Counted from the stretch's first letter, positions 52,537 to 60,465 are shown. The stretch is DNA of 64,000 nucleotides from Candidatus Micrarchaeota archaeon (GCA_014730115.1 WJIU01000037.1:422-64421); one strand, 5' to 3'. Translations and numbers: made by a program. Notes: generated by a model from the letters alone, not told the origin.

Positions 52537-52962
52537 TTTCTTTCCTGATTTGCTTCTGGCAGAAGTCCTTTTCCTGGATGCCTTCCTGGTTTTGGTGCCT
52601 GGTTTTTTTCCGGTCTTGGGAGCCTTTTTCTTAGTGGCTTTTTTTGACTTTGTTTTTTTCTTTTCCGGCTTTTTGGCCTTCTTCTTGGCGGACTTTTTAG
52701 TGGTCTTTTTGGCAGTTTTCTTTTTTCCCGGATTCTTCGGAACCACCGGCTTTTCCTCCTTTTTAACCTGCGTTGCCTTGAACTTCAGGAGCTTTTCGTG
52801 GAACTTCTGGTCCAGCTCCATTGCGACCCTCTCATAGTCGTCTGTATTTACAGTGACTGTGGACCTGTTCCCGCACCTTGAGCATACGAAAAAGCCCTGC
52901 AGCCGGTCTATGGGACGAGGCATTTTTCCACAACCGGAGCAGATTTCGATTGTGTCTTCCAT
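52534..52962 (-). CDS. zinc-ribbon protein with a histone-H1-like Lys-rich C-terminal tail
   Basis: N-terminus CSGCGK...CSRCGN (two CxxC). The C-terminal about 75 aa are KKxxKK repeats (PGKKKTAKKTTKKSAKKKAKKPEKKKTKSKKATKKKAPKTGKKPGTKTRK). Confidence 0.75.
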   Translation of the reverse strand: MEDTIEICSGCGKMPRPIDRLQGFFVCSRCGNRSTVTVNTDDYERVAMELDQKFHEKLLKFKATQVKKEEKPVVPKNPGKKKTAKKTTKKSAKKKAKKPEKKKTKSKKATKKKAPKTGKKPGTKTRKASRKRTSARSKSGKK

Positions 52963-53040
52963 GAGCAGTTTTAGGACTGCATAATATAAAAATATAACTA
53001 ATACGGCAAAAAACGATATCGACTTAAAATCAAAAAAGAA

Positions 53041-53061
53041 TTAAGAAATTCTAAAATTATC
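53041..53061 (+). repeat. boundary motif copy TTAAGAAATTCTAAAATTATC
   Basis: Contains the stop codon (53057-53059, minus strand) of the 693-aa gene. Lies about 80 nt upstream of the start at 52962. Confidence 0.6.
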
Positions 53062-55138
53062 TTATATTCAGGAACTCCCTTCTCAGGATATCCCCGTTGT
53101 CGATTCCTGTAACCTGGTGCCAGAGCCTTCCTTCGGAAAGCACCATGGTGCCAACCAGCCTGCCGCGGGACGGGTCAAACACCTGAATCTGCCAGGTGGG
53201 CGAGCCGTGTTCCCTTCCGTAGAACCTTATGAGCTCATCCAGCCTGTCCGCACCCCCGGTATAAGTGTTCCCCCAGTCAAACAGCGTGGTCCTGTCCTCA
53301 AACCTGGATGCTGCAATGACATGCATTCCCCTGGGCGTGCTTATCCCGCCAAGGACAAGGGTGTCTATGCCGTTCTGCTGAAAGAGATTGCCGACCAGCC
53401 AGTGTGCTCCGGCGCATACCGCAATGCCGTTTCTCAGGTGCTCGGGCAGGGGCGCGCCAAGGCCATTTGCTTCATAATGGTCGATTGTGCCCCTGAGGAA
53501 ATTATAGATTGTCTGGTTATTGGCCGATGCCACTCTGACCACCTCGGAGCTGAAGAGGTCTGCATTGTAAAGGGAATCAACGGCGTCGTGCGCATAGGCC
53601 ACCTGCTGGATGAACGCAAGCAGGAAACGGCCGGAGCGGATTACCTCCTCCTCAGAATCATTGCGATAGGAATGCACGAAATCCTCAAAGCCCCCGTGCT
53701 CAAGTATCCTTCTCTTAGCCTCGCTTATGCTGGAGTCCCAGACCGGCTCGCCTGCAATTCCGTATCCGTAGGGGCCATAGTTCTGCTCGTCAGGGAAATC
53801 GGTTTCTGCATAGCTGACCCCGCCATTCTGAAGGTGTTCGTACCTTGAAGTGTTGGTGGAATTCATGTGTTCCCCGCCGACAACTATCGTTGCCCCGAGC
53901 ATCACAAGCGGGTCAACCCTGTTGTTGAAGAATCCGTGGTGCCAGTGGGTTGCGCCCCCGGCTGCCCAGAAATCTGCAGAAACGGCATCGCTGAACTCAA
54001 CAGTCCAGGTGCCCCTCATTGCATACCTTCTGTTAAGCATTCCAAGCTCGGTAAAGAATCTCAGGGTGAAATCATCAAAAATGCGCGCCTGGGCACCGAC
54101 CTCAGCGCTCTGGAACTGCGGCTCGTAGTAGCCGATGTAAGCGGTTTTTATGGGGTTGTCAGCAGCCGCAAAGAACGTCCCCATCCCATAGACAGTGTAG
54201 TCAAACCTGCTGTCCGGATATCCTGTAAGCTGGATGGAAAGCCCGGTCACCAGGTTGTAGTACATATCGTCAAAGGCGGGATAGGAAAGTGCCCCTCCCC
54301 CTACAATCCCTGTCCTTATCCACAGTCGCCTGGAGCTGTCGGATGAATCAACAGATATGGGGTAGGAGAACCCCAGGCCAGCGGAATGCGACGTGTAAAG
54401 ATAGGACGGAAGGTTTCCTGCAAACGCAAGGCTGCCGTAGTAGGCAAGCCTGAACCTCCACAGGTTTATTTCCGGCCTTATATAAAGCCTTGCAAAAGGA
54501 ACGGCAAGCTCACCGAACCACACGTTTCCGCCGTCAAACCTTGCAAGGTCCCTGAACCTCACCGAGCCAAAGACCGCGTTCCCGGCTTCGTTGCCGTAGA
54601 TGTTTCCGCCCATGTCCCAGTCGTTGTCCAGGCTGATTTCCCTGCACCTCCCCCTGATGTCAACAAGGTTCGGCGAGGCGGAAAGCGCCGGGTCTCCGAC
54701 CTCCTCACTGGTGCACCTCATGGGCTCAAGGGAAAGGTTGTGTGAGAATATGCCCTGCCCTTCTTCCGGCTGCCTTTCTTCTTCAGGAGCTGCCGGCCTT
54801 TCCGGCTGTGCAGGGGCTTCTTCAGGAGGTGGAGAAGGCGCTGATTCCGGTGCAGGGGCCTCAGGAGAAGCATCCTCTGAGGGCCCGGAAGCCGGACGTT
54901 CCCGCTCCCCGGTTTCCACTACAGTTTCAGGGAGAGTAATAGTTCGCCTCGTAGGCTCACCAGTAGGCTCTGTTTCCCGTGCCTCTTCTGCACGCGCTGT
55001 CCTGTCTGCAAGCGGTGAAAAGCACAACATGGCAGCAGCGGCAGCCGATGCTGCGAGCTTCCTGAACCTGCCCGGTTTTCTCTCTTGTTTATCAGTAGAT
55101 GCCCTGCCACGACGGAGTTTGTTAAAATTAAGCTTCAT
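53057..55138 (-). CDS. secreted protein: Pro/Glu-rich linker, large beta-strand-rich region and a C-terminal transglutaminase-like (Cys-His-Asp) domain
   Basis: Basic N-terminus plus hydrophobic AASAAAAAMLCFSPLA. PEAPAPESAPSPPPEEAPAQPERPAAPEE. Alternating aromatic/polar strands (NLWRFRLAYYGSLAF, DYTVYGMGTFFAA, RGTWTVEFS). GIAVCAGAHWLV...GMHVIAAS...LFDWGNTY. Visibly GC-richer than its flanks. Confidence 0.75.
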   Translation of the reverse strand: MKLNFNKLRRGRASTDKQERKPGRFRKLAASAAAAAMLCFSPLADRTARAEEARETEPTGEPTRRTITLPETVVETGERERPASGPSEDASPEAPAPESAPSPPPEEAPAQPERPAAPEEERQPEEGQGIFSHNLSLEPMRCTSEEVGDPALSASPNLVDIRGRCREISLDNDWDMGGNIYGNEAGNAVFGSVRFRDLARFDGGNVWFGELAVPFARLYIRPEINLWRFRLAYYGSLAFAGNLPSYLYTSHSAGLGFSYPISVDSSDSSRRLWIRTGIVGGGALSYPAFDDMYYNLVTGLSIQLTGYPDSRFDYTVYGMGTFFAAADNPIKTAYIGYYEPQFQSAEVGAQARIFDDFTLRFFTELGMLNRRYAMRGTWTVEFSDAVSADFWAAGGATHWHHGFFNNRVDPLVMLGATIVVGGEHMNSTNTSRYEHLQNGGVSYAETDFPDEQNYGPYGYGIAGEPVWDSSISEAKRRILEHGGFEDFVHSYRNDSEEEVIRSGRFLLAFIQQVAYAHDAVDSLYNADLFSSEVVRVASANNQTIYNFLRGTIDHYEANGLGAPLPEHLRNGIAVCAGAHWLVGNLFQQNGIDTLVLGGISTPRGMHVIAASRFEDRTTLFDWGNTYTGGADRLDELIRFYGREHGSPTWQIQVFDPSRGRLVGTMVLSEGRLWHQVTGIDNGDILRREFLNIR

Positions 55139-55205
55139 ACAGTCCCACCGCTAATAATTAATATGCAATATTATTTAAAGTTGCAGTTTATCAAGAGATA
55201 TGAGA

Positions 55206-55877
55206 TTACTTGCTTTTCTTCAGTTTTTTGTTGATTGTGTATCCAAATTCCAGGTATTCCTTCAGGAATCTGGACATATCCTCCAGCTTGTCTTCAGGGG
55301 GCGGCTTGTGGGCCACAAAGTCCAGCTTAACACTGATGTCCAGAAGGCCTTCGTGGTTTTCCATTTTCCTGAGTTCATACTTTTTATTGAAAGAGCTGAT
55401 TTCCTGCCTGATGGTATCCAGAAACTTCCGGTTGCCCTTTGCAGAGAATTCACCCAGCCATTTGCCGCCCTGCCCAAGGCTGAAGGAAACAGGGCTGCCG
55501 TTCTCAAGCTGGAGGTTATAAGTAACCGGTATCACCGATGGAGTGGAGCGGCCGACGCAGGAGGAATATCTTATCTTTTCGCCCTTGTAATCAAACTTTA
55601 GTGTGCCCACAGACCAGAATTCGGTTTCCCAGTTCTTCAGTCCCTTTATGCTTTTAACTGATTCCGCAAAGTCGACATATCTCTGGTGGTCCATTACGGA
55701 TATCACCACAAAAATGATGCCTGCCACCAGGGCAAAAAGCCAGCTGAAAGGGCCGTTGAAGAAGATTGACACCGGAACTATTGCCAGGAAAAGCAGGAGG
55801 AAAACCACCTCGGTAATGAAAAACGGGTAATGTTTCATCAGTTCGCTAACGCAGAAAACAACTATATTTTTATGCAT
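55206..55877 (-). CDS. membrane protein, hypothetical
   Basis: Two N-terminal TM helices (FFITEVVFLLLFLAIVPVSIFF, WLFALVAGIIFVVISVM) and a soluble C-terminal domain. Confidence 0.6.
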   Translation of the reverse strand: MHKNIVVFCVSELMKHYPFFITEVVFLLLFLAIVPVSIFFNGPFSWLFALVAGIIFVVISVMDHQRYVDFAESVKSIKGLKNWETEFWSVGTLKFDYKGEKIRYSSCVGRSTPSVIPVTYNLQLENGSPVSFSLGQGGKWLGEFSAKGNRKFLDTIRQEISSFNKKYELRKMENHEGLLDISVKLDFVAHKPPPEDKLEDMSRFLKEYLEFGYTINKKLKKSK

Positions 55878-55887
55878 TGGTTGCTGG

Positions 55888-56028
55888 CTATTCCTTTGCC
55901 GCCCCGCTTTTTACCATTTCCCTGAAGATGCTGATGGGGACCACCACACAGACGTTGGAGCCGCATTCGCACTTGAATTTCTCCTTGGAGCCTTTTGCGA
56001 CCTTGCCGCAATTGGCACAGATTTCCAC
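55888..56028 (-). CDS. 46-aa zinc-ribbon protein (missed by the ORF track)
   Basis: GGAGGTG sits 9 nt before the GTG at 56028. Product: (M)EICANCGKVAKGSKEKFKCECGSNVCVVVPISIFREMVKSGAAKE. Ends 10 nt before the next gene. An alternative GTG at 56040 lies inside the SD. Confidence 0.5.
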   Translation of the reverse strand: MEICANCGKVAKGSKEKFKCECGSNVCVVVPISIFREMVKSGAAKE

Positions 56029-56099
56029 TGTTTTGCTCACCTCCCTAAAAAGCAGTGAATATATTAAAATGTTGATTAACTGCTATATCCGGTGAACTT

Positions 56100-56405
56100 A
56101 TGGGAATCATGCGGGAATTCAGGGGATTCTTGGAAGAGTACAAGGTTTTGGGGCTTGCGGTAGCCTTTGTAATGGGCGCTGCAGTCAATGAAATGGTCAA
56201 ATCCCTTGTAGACAATATGATAATGCCTGTGGTGGAAGTGATTATTCCGGGCGGCAGCTGGCAGACCGCCACCGCAACAATCGGTCCGGTTACTTTTGGA
56301 TGGGGGCCTTTCCTGGCTGCGCTGATATACTTCACCATCATAGCCCTGGTGGTTTTCCTGATTGCAAAGATGGTGATGAAGGAAGAAAAGGTAAAAAAGA
56401 AATGA
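56100..56405 (+). CDS. mscL: large-conductance mechanosensitive channel
   Basis: REFRGFLEEYKVLGLAVAFVMGAAVNEMVKSLVDNMIMPVV and a second TM helix. 101 aa. Confidence 0.85.
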   Translation: MGIMREFRGFLEEYKVLGLAVAFVMGAAVNEMVKSLVDNMIMPVVEVIIPGGSWQTATATIGPVTFGWGPFLAALIYFTIIALVVFLIAKMVMKEEKVKKK

Positions 56406-56407
56406 AG

Positions 56408-57700
56408 TCATGCATGGCTTCTTCCGCAGGCAATGAAGTCATGGATTTTTCCGGAATGCCGGAAGGATTTGCGTGATGTTGCCTTAACCGCATTCCTGAT
56501 GACTTCCAGGCCTTCGTCTATTTCTTCTTTTTCTATTACAAACGGTGGTATTACCCTTATGCCCTGCGTGCCGCAGCCAAGCAGGAGCAGTCCGTTCCTT
56601 GCGCATTCAATTATCACATCATCCCTTCTTTTCCTGGTGGGCATGTCAAAGGCAAGCATCATGCCCCTGCCCCTCTGGTTTTGGATGCCTTCTATGTCTT
56701 TCAGCCCGCTCAGCAGATAGCCGCCCATCCTGCGGTTGCGCTCCAGCAGCTTCTGCTTCTTTATTATCTCAATTGTCTTCATCCCCATTGCAAGGTCGAT
56801 GGTATGCCCGCCCCCCCAGGTGCTGGAAATTGCACCTTTTTCATATGGGAACATCTTATGGTTTGCAACCACTGCAGCAACCTGCAGGGCCTTGCCGGAA
56901 GTGAATGCATCCGGCACCACCCCATAATGCTGGAAAGCCCACCATTTGCCGGTCCTTCCCATGCCGGCCTGTATTTCATCCGAGATATAGGGGATTTTGT
57001 TGTTTTTTGCAATTTTGTAAAGTCCTTTGACCATTCCTTCAGGCGGAATCCTGTATCCCCCCTCCCCCTGGAAATGCTCCAGAATAATAAACCCTATTTC
57101 CTCCGGGTAGGCTTCAGTCTCAAGGATTGTTTCCAGCCTTTCCACAGCCCTATCCCCGAACGGAAGCCTCAGCATGGGAAACCTCATATATCCCCGCTTG
57201 TGGGCCCTGCTGGAATTGGTCAGGGAAAGGGCCCCCAGGGTCCTTCCGTGGAATGCCCTTTCCACCGAGATTCCGAATTTCGTGCCCGGCCTCTTTCTCA
57301 TGCAAAGCTTGATTGCATTCTCAACTGCCTCGGCGCCGGAATTAATCAGGAACGCAGAGTCAAGCCCCTTCGGCGCGATTCCGGCCAGCTTTTCAATCAT
57401 GTCCAGGTGCTCCCTGATTACAAAATCCTGGCCTGCGAACTTCACTGGGGTGCTTCCCTGATATGAACGTAGAACCTCCAGCAGCCCGGGATGGTTGTAG
57501 CCAAGCGGATTGGAGGCAATCTGGCTCCCGAAATCAAGGAACCTGTTCCCGTCAATGTCTTCGCAGCAGGCTCCTTCACCTCCCGGGGCGTGGACAAATG
57601 GATAAGAAACAGACCACCCCCCATTTCTCTTTTTAAGCTGTTTAATAATCTTCAGTGACTTTGGTCCCGGTATCTTGGTCTTCAGGCGTATCATGGGCAT
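56408..57700 (-). CDS. class III PLP-dependent aminotransferase (GABA/acetylornithine/lysine-epsilon type)
   Basis: NSGAEAVENAIK, DEIQAGMGRTGKWWAFQH and SGKAL (PLP Lys region). ATG at 57700 (MPMIRLKTKIPGPKS). The track ORF continues to 58360 as antisense of uvdE. Confidence 0.85.
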   Translation of the reverse strand: MPMIRLKTKIPGPKSLKIIKQLKKRNGGWSVSYPFVHAPGGEGACCEDIDGNRFLDFGSQIASNPLGYNHPGLLEVLRSYQGSTPVKFAGQDFVIREHLDMIEKLAGIAPKGLDSAFLINSGAEAVENAIKLCMRKRPGTKFGISVERAFHGRTLGALSLTNSSRAHKRGYMRFPMLRLPFGDRAVERLETILETEAYPEEIGFIILEHFQGEGGYRIPPEGMVKGLYKIAKNNKIPYISDEIQAGMGRTGKWWAFQHYGVVPDAFTSGKALQVAAVVANHKMFPYEKGAISSTWGGGHTIDLAMGMKTIEIIKKQKLLERNRRMGGYLLSGLKDIEGIQNQRGRGMMLAFDMPTRKRRDDVIIECARNGLLLLGCGTQGIRVIPPFVIEKEEIDEGLEVIRNAVKATSRKSFRHSGKIHDFIACGRSHA

Positions 57701-57745
57701 ATACCTGAGAGTACATTTATATAGGATAAAGGAGTGCCTTTTCCA

Positions 57746-58633
57746 ATGAAGCTGGGATACCCCTGCATTAACCGCAGCGTCGGATGTACTGCGAATTCCA
57801 CCTTCAGGCTTGCCTCCTACTCTGACGAGCTCCTTGCTGAAAAGGTTTCCGGAAATATAAAATGCCTGAAGAGAATACTCGGATACAATGCTGAAAACGG
57901 CTTCTATTTCTTCAGGATTAGTTCGGATATTGTGCCTTTTGCATCCCATCCGGTGTGCACCTTTGACTGGGAAAATCATTTCAAATCCGAATTCAGGGAA
58001 ATCGGCCGGTTCATAAGGGAGCACCACATGCGGATATCCATGCACCCGGACCAGTTCATACTTCTCAACTCCCTGAAGGAAAAGGTTGTCAGGAGAAGCA
58101 TTGCCGAACTTGAATACCACTGCAGGGTCCTGGACCTGATGAAGCTGGGCCAGGAAGCGAAAATCCAGATTCACGCCGGCGGAGTCTATGGCGACAAGGA
58201 AAAGGCTGTGGAAAGGTTTGTCAGGGGGTACAAAAAGCTCTCTTTGCCCCTGCGGAAAAGGCTGGTCATTGAAAACGACGACCGGCTTTACAGCGTGAAT
58301 GACTGCCTGGAGATAAGCAGGAAAGCAGGAATCCCTGTCCTGTTTGACAGCTTTCACCACGAATGCCTGAACGGGGGGGAAAGCCGCAGGGAAGGACTTG
58401 AAAAAGCAATGTCAACATGGAAGAAAAAGGATGGGGTTATCATGACCGACTACAGCTCCCAGCAGAGTGGCCACCGCACCGGAACCCACGCCCGGAGCAT
58501 AAGCACCGGGCATTTCCGCCAATACCTGAAAGAGACAGGGGGGCTTGACTTTGACATCATGCTGGAGATAAAAGACAAGGAGAAAAGCGCAAAAAAGGCG
58601 CTTAAGGTTCTGAAAAACCTTGACAGGGTGTGA
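57746..58633 (+). CDS. uvdE: UV damage endonuclease
   Basis: MKLGYPCINRSVGCTANSTFRL, FRISSDIVPFASHP, MRISMHPDQF and IQIHAGG. AAGGAG sits 11 nt before the ATG at 57746. Confidence 0.85.
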   Translation: MKLGYPCINRSVGCTANSTFRLASYSDELLAEKVSGNIKCLKRILGYNAENGFYFFRISSDIVPFASHPVCTFDWENHFKSEFREIGRFIREHHMRISMHPDQFILLNSLKEKVVRRSIAELEYHCRVLDLMKLGQEAKIQIHAGGVYGDKEKAVERFVRGYKKLSLPLRKRLVIENDDRLYSVNDCLEISRKAGIPVLFDSFHHECLNGGESRREGLEKAMSTWKKKDGVIMTDYSSQQSGHRTGTHARSISTGHFRQYLKETGGLDFDIMLEIKDKEKSAKKALKVLKNLDRV

Positions 58634-58635
58634 AA

Positions 58636-59103
58636 ATGGAAAAAATACACAGGCTGTTGTATCCGATGAGGGTCTGCCTGATTACCAGCAGGCTGGGGGA
58701 CAAGGAAAATATTATGGCTGCCTCATGGACGTTTCCCCTGTCCATGGACCCGCCGCTGTTCGGCGTATCCGTGGCAGAGAAGAGGTACAGCCACGACCTG
58801 ATAAAGAAGGGAAACGGATTTGGAATAAACCTGCCCAATCCCCGGCTGGAAGAGGCAGTAGTAATCTGCGGGACAAAAAGCGGCCGCGACACCGACAAGT
58901 TTGCTGAAGCAGGATTTTCAAGAGATGAGGGCAAGAGGGTTCCCCTGATTAAGGAATGTCCGGTAAGCATAGAATGTGAGCTGGTAGATGAAATCAAAAC
59001 AGGGAACCATACACTGTTCGTAGGCAGGGCCATTGATGTCAGAAACCGTTTCCAGGACAGGGGGCTTTACCAGGTCAGGGGGATGGAATTCACCGCAGTG
59101 TAG
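58636..59103 (+). CDS. flavin reductase-like (FMN-binding split-barrel) protein
   Basis: PMRVCLITSRLGDKENIMAASWTFPLSMDPPLFGVSV...HTLFVGRAIDV. Starts 3 nt after the uvdE stop. Confidence 0.75.
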   Translation: MEKIHRLLYPMRVCLITSRLGDKENIMAASWTFPLSMDPPLFGVSVAEKRYSHDLIKKGNGFGINLPNPRLEEAVVICGTKSGRDTDKFAEAGFSRDEGKRVPLIKECPVSIECELVDEIKTGNHTLFVGRAIDVRNRFQDRGLYQVRGMEFTAV

Positions 59104-59106
59104 TTT

Positions 59107-60459
59107 ATGGAATACAACAAATCCCTTTTCATCTTCAGGAGGGACCTCCGCCTGGAGGACAATACCGGACTTACTGAAGCTTTGGAATCCTCGGGCAGCG
59201 TTGTTCCCTGCTTTATCTTTGACAGGAGGCAGGTCAAAGACAATGAATACAAAAGCAGGAATGCAGTCCAGTTCATGACCGAATCCCTGTCCGAGCTTGA
59301 CAGCGGGCTGAAAAAGAAAAAATCGCATCTTTGCCTTTTCCATGGAATTGCTGAAGATGTAGTAAAGAATCTGCTGGAAAACAGTATAGACGCGGTGTTC
59401 CTGAACCGGGATTACACCCCGTTCAGCCGCAGAAGGGATAAGGCAATATCAAAGGCATGCAAAAAGAAGGGTGCTGCCTTCCACAGCTTCTCCGATGCGC
59501 TGCTCCACGAGCCGGGAGAAGTGCTGAAGGATGACGGAACCCCCTACTCTGTTTTTTCCTACTTCATGAAAAAAGCCAGGAAAAAGAAGGTCAGGAATCC
59601 GGCAAGAAACAGGCACGGCAATTATTTTCAGGGAAAAATAAAAGGCGAAAATGGATTTCCGGGGAAAACACCGGCAAACAGTAATATTTATGTAAATGGC
59701 GGAAGAAGCCGCGCACTCAGGGTACTCAGGAAAATAAAGCAGTTCCGGGATTATGAAAAGAAAAGGGACTATCCTGCACTGGATGCCACCACCGGACTGT
59801 CCGCACACAACAAATTCGGCACTATCTCCACAAGGGAGTTTTATTATGCGGTTGCAGAAGAACTGGGAAAAGACCATGGGCTTATAGACGAGCTTTACTG
59901 GAGGGATTTCTTCACCCATGTTGCCTGGTTTTTCCCAAGGGTATTCGGCCATGCATTCCGCCCAAAGTATGATAAGCTGAAATGGAGCCGGAGCAGAAAG
60001 AATTTCACTGCATGGTGCGGGGGGAAGACAGGGTTTCCAATTGTGGATGCAGGGATGAGGCAGCTTAACAGGACCGGCTTTATGCACAACCGGGCCAGGA
60101 TGGTCACCGCCTCCTTCCTGGTCAAGGACCTGGGGATTGACTGGAGGAAGGGGGAGAAATACTTTGCCACAAAGCTGGTCGACTACGACCCGGCGGTCAA
60201 CAACGGAAACTGGCAGTGGGCGGCATCCACCGGCACCGACGCGCAGCCTTATTTCAGAATTTTCAACCCATGGTCCCAGCAGAAGAGATACGACCCTGAC
60301 TGCGCTTATATCAAAAAATGGATACCTGAACTGGAGGGGCTTGGGCCAAAGGAAATCCACAATCTGAAATCAGAAAAAAATCCGTCTTATCCTGAACCAA
60401 TTGTAAAGCACAAAAAACAGGCAAAGAAAACAAAAAAGAGATACAAAAAAATAAAATAA
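59107..60459 (+). CDS. phr: deoxyribodipyrimidine photolyase / cryptochrome family
   Basis: LFIFRRDLRLEDNTGL, LYWRDFF and TGFPIVDAGMRQLNRTGFMHNRARMVTASFLVKDL. Starts 4 nt after the previous stop. Confidence 0.9.
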   Translation: MEYNKSLFIFRRDLRLEDNTGLTEALESSGSVVPCFIFDRRQVKDNEYKSRNAVQFMTESLSELDSGLKKKKSHLCLFHGIAEDVVKNLLENSIDAVFLNRDYTPFSRRRDKAISKACKKKGAAFHSFSDALLHEPGEVLKDDGTPYSVFSYFMKKARKKKVRNPARNRHGNYFQGKIKGENGFPGKTPANSNIYVNGGRSRALRVLRKIKQFRDYEKKRDYPALDATTGLSAHNKFGTISTREFYYAVAEELGKDHGLIDELYWRDFFTHVAWFFPRVFGHAFRPKYDKLKWSRSRKNFTAWCGGKTGFPIVDAGMRQLNRTGFMHNRARMVTASFLVKDLGIDWRKGEKYFATKLVDYDPAVNNGNWQWAASTGTDAQPYFRIFNPWSQQKRYDPDCAYIKKWIPELEGLGPKEIHNLKSEKNPSYPEPIVKHKKQAKKTKKRYKKIK

Positions 60460-60465
60460 GAGGGA

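Noticed and set aside
52540-52770. Periodic T/A-rich repeats suggestive of a repeat array or CRISPR
   Set aside because: They are the coding sequence, on the minus strand, of the KKxxKK low-complexity tail. There is no repeat-spacer organisation.
48941-53061. Integron-like attC cassette array as the explanation for the boundary motif
   Set aside because: No IntI-type integrase is in the window. The motifs are only about 13-20 bp long, not 57-141-bp attC structures. I could not find R''/R' (RYYYAAC / GTTRRRY) pairs. Two of the genes are in the opposite orientation. The cassette-like idea is kept only as one hypothesis.
53117-55154. Plus-strand ORFs 53117..53848, 53867..54346, 54386..54745 and 54600..55154
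   Set aside because: All lie inside the 693-aa minus-strand gene, which has a coherent domain structure. A GC-rich gene produces long antisense ORFs.
57701-58360. N-terminal 220 codons of the 650-aa track ORF 56408..58360 (minus strand)
   Set aside because: This part is antisense to the well-supported uvdE gene and has no aminotransferase similarity. The aminotransferase begins at MPMIRLKTKIPGPKS (ATG at 57700).
59449-60360. 303-aa minus-strand ORF
   Set aside because: It is antisense to the photolyase gene.
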